Positions 60,701 through 64,000 of a stretch of DNA of 64,000 bases are shown piece by piece. Source of the stretch: an uncultured delta proteobacterium (GTDB lineage Bacteria; Myxococcota_A; Polyangia; Fen-1088); assembly GCA_963737265.1 (NCBI GenBank), contig CAVTRY010000007.1:448001-512000 (forward strand), in the 5' to 3' direction. The notes beneath the pieces were generated by a model. The model was not told the DNA's origin. It saw only the letters and a program-made list of their open reading frames with translations, and did no database searches. The position numbers and the translations under genes were made by a program. How positions within the stretch are numbered: the first letter of the stretch is position 1; each line of letters starts with the position of its first letter.

Positions 60701-61024
60701 GTACGCGTAGCTGTGGAAGGTCAGTGCCAGGGGCTCGCGAGTGGTCCGGCCAAGGCGGGCGGTGATCCGCTGGCGCAGCTCCTCCGCGGCCTTGCGGCTG
60801 AACGTCAGCACGAGGACCCGTTCCGGGTCGATGCCGCGCCTGGTGATGCGCTCCACCACGGTCTCCACGATCGCGGTGGTCTTCCCCGTGCCTGGTCCGG
60901 CCAGAACGAGCAGTGGCAGCCCTTCGTGGTCCACGACGGCCCGCTGCGCCGCGTCGAGGACCGGGGCCCCGGCCGCCCGTGCAGGCGGGCGGACGAGGTG
61001 ATAGGCCGGCGAATGCTCGCTCAT
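57701..61024 (-). CDS. adnA: ATP-dependent helicase-nuclease AdnA
   Basis: AGPGTGKT, VDEYQD, TAHRAKGLEW, GRVDRLE..VDLKTG, Fe-S cysteines C..CRNCPVRSCC. Confidence 0.92.
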   Translation of the reverse strand: MSEHSPAYHLVRPPARAAGAPVLDAAQRAVVDHEGLPLLVLAGPGTGKTTAIVETVVERITRRGIDPERVLVLTFSRKAAEELRQRITARLGRTTREPLALTFHSYAYALVRREFTLAGDEPPTLLPGPEQLLEVRRLLRGEAEDGGIRWPERLRPALGTRGFAAELRDFLLRGAERGFDGRGLARLGRQRDRDDWVAAGAFLARYDARFDLAPVPAYDYAEIIRIAAALLSRGAVRERERKAYDVVLVDEYQDTDPAQEALLHALAGDGRELIVVGDPDQAIYAFRGADVSAIMRFPDRFRAPDDRPARVVALGTCRRSGPVLLAASRRIAARLPAPPAVAPPSRAASGRRDRGPDDGQSPGRQSPASQPSGGQPSGGQPSGGQPRGSQPPGGHRDLRPVPSVPPGELRVVVASSASQEATVVADALRRAHLHDGVPWSSMAVLVRSVIGQVPLLRRALAATGVPSVIAGDELPLEAEPGVRPLLLLLRCALHPETLDEEAAIELLAGPLGGTDALGLRRLRRALRAAARDAGEDSPPQPLAAVLEDPRELTLIRAPAADAARRVADLLALARQTAGDGNAHDVLWAVWDASGVASAWQAVSAAGGSRGAAADRDLDAVCALFDAAARFAVRLPPGSASLFLDSMSGQEIPGDTLADHAPEGDAVRILTAHRAKGLEWDVVVVAGVQEGIWPDLRMRSSLLGMDELMDAAAGVLVPGTGTDTMAAALAAKLLNEERRLFYVAVTRARRRLVVTASGSDDSQERPSRFLAELAGDEIEIEDVAGAAPRWLSLPALTADLRRAAADPDRPPALRRAAAAQLARLAAAGVRGAHPGQWYQLTELSDPGPIPAAADGLLVRLSPSQVESFHRCGLRWLLEVAAGAGSSDVIRHFGILIHAAAVLAATGADEAMISERIDEIWHHLDFGSPWYSDKERERARVMVNKFLAWHRDNPRELVAVEQKLRAQIGAVEITGRVDRLERDPDGRAIVVDLKTGSTPVPSTDLDRHPQLGVYQLAVLLGAFERFGLTEPGGAELIQVGNASLSARVRVQPQQALTGDPEPDWARDLVETVAAGMAGPLFEARVNPGCRNCPVRSCCPVHPDGEQVTR

Positions 61025-61185
61025 ATCAATTAGGCATTCCAGCAGACCCCTATGACATCCCGCGCTCCTTTGCCGCTCCAGCACCGGCGCGGCGCTCAAA
61101 AGGCACCCGGAAAAGGGAAAGCGGCTGCAGCCGCGCCCTTCTCCCCGGCCCGGCACGGCCTGGTCAGAGCCGCCGGCCCGGAGCG

Positions 61186-61385
61186 CTTGGGCCATGAGCC
61201 TGGCCCGGCAGGCTCGGACCGCATGGGTGCCCATGAGCCTGGCCCGGCAGGCTCGGACCGCTTGGGCCATGAGCCTGGCCCGGCAGGCTCGGACCGCATG
61301 GGTGCCCATGAGCCTGGCCCGGCAGGCTCTCGGACCGCATGGGTGCCCATCGAGCCTGGCCCGGCAGGCTCGGACCGCATGAGCG
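61186..61385. repeat. Tandem array of five palindromic units (36-42 bp period), REP/BIME-like
   Basis: GAGCCTGGCCCGGCAGGCTC at 61196, 61235, 61271, 61310, 61352. Confidence 0.9.
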
Positions 61386-61529
61386 CGCCCGTGAGGCTGG
61401 TGCAGACAGTCCGGGGCGGTGGATGCCCCCTTTGAGGCTGGCACCGGCCAACTCGGAACGCGCGGGTGCCCGTGAGGTAGGTGTTGCTCACGGGACGCTC
61501 AGGCTCGCAGGTATCCCCTCGCCTGGGGA

Positions 61530-61690
61530 TGATCATGGTGTCTTGGTCGCTGGAGCATGGCAGGACAGGTCCGAACCCAGCCATGTCGGCCTGGCTTCCT
61601 TGATCACGGGCACTTTGGTGCGGATAGCCGCCCCAAGGTGACCGCGATCATGGTTGCGGTGCCGGTGGAGCGGCCAGAACACCATGATCA
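61530..61690. repeat. 161-bp element with 22-bp imperfect terminal inverted repeats (MITE/REPIN-like)
   Basis: TGATCATGGTGTCTTGGTCGCT ... AGCGGCCAGAACACCATGATCA. Confidence 0.7.
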
Positions 61691-61719
61691 CGAATGCGAG
61701 CGGGGTGCCGGGCGTGGCC

Positions 61720-62256
61720 TTACTGGACGGGCATGATCTTGAGGTACTGCGGGCCGGTCTTGGCGCAGGCGGCGAAGGGGAACGGCACCCGCTTGGACTG
61801 GGTCTGGCCCGGCGGGTACACCCGCAGCCCCGCCGCTGTCACCGGCCCGCATTGTGCTGGCGGGAATATGCCGCCCTCGACGATGCCCACCAGCGCCGTG
61901 GCGGTGGCGCCGTTGGCGAGGGTCACCGTCTGCGGCGTGGCGCCGATGCGAACGGCTGCGCTGCCCAGCTGCGTTCCGGTCAGGTTGGTCGCGGAGACCC
62001 CGGGATAGCCGAACAGCGTGCAGGTGCTGCCGGAAAGGTTGGTGAACTCCAGGTTGTAGTAGATGGTGCCCGCCGCCCCGCTGCCCTGGGTGTCCAGCCA
62101 GATGTCCAGACCGGACGTGGCGCAGGCGGGCGTGGCGGTGCGGGCCGTATGGGCGGCGCCGGGCGCGGCCAGTGCCGCCGCCGGGACCAGGGCGGCGGCG
62201 CAGGCGAGCGCCCCGGCGGAGAGCAGCCGCCGGGCCGCGGTGGTACGCAGGTTCAT
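61720..62256 (-). CDS. DUF4232 domain secreted protein
   Basis: Signal peptide; CATSGL, GAAGTIYYNLEFTN..CTLFGYPGV, LRVYPP. Confidence 0.88.
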   Translation of the reverse strand: MNLRTTAARRLLSAGALACAAALVPAAALAAPGAAHTARTATPACATSGLDIWLDTQGSGAAGTIYYNLEFTNLSGSTCTLFGYPGVSATNLTGTQLGSAAVRIGATPQTVTLANGATATALVGIVEGGIFPPAQCGPVTAAGLRVYPPGQTQSKRVPFPFAACAKTGPQYLKIMPVQ

Positions 62257-62503
62257 GACAGTCCCCCGTTCAGAAAGGGCAGCCTGAACGGCTCCCCGTC
62301 ATGGTCAGGCTTGTTCGCTAGAGCAGAGCGCGCAGGTCGCCTGTTGATACATGGCGCGCTTGCGCGAGCGGAGGTCGGCGGCGGCGGCGACCCGGCCCAG
62401 CGCCCAGCGGCCCAGCGGCCCAGCAGGGCCCAGCGGCCCAGCCGGACGCCTGCAGTTTGCGCGGCGAAGGATGGGTGGGCGGATCGGCCAGCGGCTAGTT
62501 GAG

Positions 62504-62526
62504 CGATATCGTGCGATACGATATCG
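62504..62526. promoter_or_regulatory. Perfect 9-bp-arm palindrome, operator candidate
   Basis: CGATATCGT-GCGAT-ACGATATCG. Confidence 0.5.
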
Positions 62527-62570
62527 TAATAGGCGGCCGATGGCTCTCTCCGGGCGCTGGGCGCCGGTGG

Positions 62571-62897
62571 TCAGCAGTCCGGGGCGAACCAGCGGGCCCT
62601 GCGCATGTCCACGCCGCGGACCTCGCCGCCGGGGGCGCGGCGCAGTGGCGTGCCCTCTTCGAGGTAGCGGGCCAGCGCTTCCCGCTCATGACCAGCCAGG
62701 AACGACCCGTCGGCGTGGATCACCCGCCACCAGGCCACGCCCCCGCCCCATTGCGACATCACCCGGCCGACCTGGCGCGGGCCCGCCTCACCCAGGTACT
62801 CGGCGATGTCCCCGTAGGACATCACGCGCCCAGGCGGGATGCTCTCGGTGACCCCGAGCACCCGTTCGGCGAAGTCGGGCGGTTGGGCGGTCACCAT
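62571..62897 (-). CDS. MGMT family alkyltransferase-like (Atl) protein
   Basis: IPPGRVMSYGDIA, PRQVGRVM, and WWRV in place of the catalytic PCHRV. Confidence 0.88.
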   Translation of the reverse strand: MVTAQPPDFAERVLGVTESIPPGRVMSYGDIAEYLGEAGPRQVGRVMSQWGGGVAWWRVIHADGSFLAGHEREALARYLEEGTPLRRAPGGEVRGVDMRRARWFAPDC

Positions 62898-62970
62898 CGG
62901 CCGGACGAGGGCCAGGTGTCATCGTCGGCGGCGGGCGGGTCACCCGCCTGGCTGCCCAGGTTCTGAGACT

Positions 62971-64000
62971 CTACGGGTTCTGCGAACCCGGCGACCGGCC
63001 CGGTGTTCGCGTCCGGGGAACCGCTAGCCAGGGCCCCGGCCGGCCCGGGCCACTCCTGCGCTCGTGAAACGCCCGGCCGTGCGGGGCTGGCAGGGTGCCC
63101 GATAGCCGGCGGACAGTCCGTTGCTCCCCGCGGACCGTCCGTTGCCGGGTCGGCCCGGCCGGCGGCGGCGGCGTGGCGGGCGGCCCGGCGCTGGCGGGCG
63201 GCCCGGCGCTGGCGGATGGTGGCCGGTAGTCAGCGACCTGACCGTCGCCGGCCGATGGCCCTCGCTCATGCGGCAGCCCATCGGCCGCTGGCGGTCCGGG
63301 ATCGGCAGGCGACTGGAAGCCATCGGATGGCCCATATCCCGAGGGGCGACGGGTATCCGGCCATCGGCTTGTAGCCCCCGGGCGCCCAGTAGCCGACCGA
63401 GCGCCCGTAACCTGTCCCGCTTCCGTCTGACCAGGCCTCGCCCGCACTGGAGGCGGCAGGGCCGGCGGGGCAGGTTCTGGGGGGCAGGGTCTGGGCGGGC
63501 CAGGGTCGGCACGGCGGCGCCACCTCCGGCCCAGCCACCAGGCCCACCAGGAGTCAGGCGGCGCCACCTCCGGCCCAGCCACCGGGCCCACCAGAGCTCA
63601 GGCGCGCGCCACCTCCGGCCCAGCCACCAGGCCCACCAGAGCCAGCCGCGCCACCTCCGGCCCAGCCACCCGGCGCGCGGTAGCTCCAGCCCTGCCACCG
63701 CCGGCCCCGCCACCGGGCGCACCGGGGCTGGCCCAGCCGCCCGGCGCTCCGGCAGCGGCGGGCCTGCGGGTCACGATCAGGCGGAACGCCACGATCAGCA
63801 CGACGGCGAGGCAGGCAAGCGCGATCAGCGAGTCGACCAGGAACTGCCGGTTGGTCCGCGGGGCCACGGGAACCGGCGGGATGGCCCCCGTTCCGCCGCC
63901 GAACTGCGCGGTCGCGACCAGGCCCCGTCCAGCGCCCTGATCGCGGGCCAGCCGGCCGGCCATCCGAAGCGCGGCCGTGGCGTCCACCGTGCCGAACCCG
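62971..64000 (-). CDS. 3' part of S8/mycosin-like serine protease with TM helix and Pro/Gly-rich tail (partial, frameshifted)
   Basis: GFGTVDATAAL subtilase C-terminal motif, TM LIALACLAVVLIVAF; catalytic residues lie outside the window. Confidence 0.55.
63515..63680. repeat. ~43-bp tandem repeat x4 in the protease tail
   Basis: GCGCCACCTCCGGCCCAGCCACC(A)GGCCCACCAG units. Confidence 0.85.

Noticed and set aside
57728-61033. Long antisense ORFs (this 1101-aa ORF, also 21575-23407, 34026-36050, 52079-53875)
   Set aside because: Shadow frames of real genes in high-GC DNA with no recognisable motifs
61186-61385. CRISPR array
   Set aside because: Linkers are short (16-22 bp) and repeated rather than unique, and no cas genes are in the window
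1-64000. tRNA or rRNA genes
   Set aside because: No cloverleaf or rRNA-like sequence recognised by eye; not confirmed by a scan

Overview
High-GC actinobacterial chromosomal segment; the taxon is inferred from gene content (F420 enzymes, AdnAB, AfsR/SARP, LCP protein). Many genes carry single-base frameshifts and some neighbours appear fused in frame, a pattern that suggests uncorrected long-read indels, so pseudogene and fusion calls need caution. From left to right the window holds a Tad/Flp pilus locus with a prepilin peptidase and an atypical response regulator, then metabolic and regulatory genes (psuK/psuG-like, trxA, PucR/TerC, proS, MFS, AfsR-type SARP facing an orphan ABC binding protein, MerR-PP2C, an ABC operon with TetR, MATE). 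A ~4 kb accessory island (39.2-43.3 kb) has three toxin-antitoxin pairs, gene remnants, two copies of a ~165-bp non-coding repeat, and an epimerase gene bracketed by perfect 17-bp inverted repeats. Further right are nudC and a dipeptidase, an IS200/IS605 TnpB element whose right end supplies the stop codon of an orphan adenine methyltransferase, GT87, a deletion scar, GH16-CBM6, adnB/adnA, palindromic repeat arrays, an Atl/MGMT gene and the 3' end of a mycosin-like protease. All calls come from reading motifs by eye; no searches were run.
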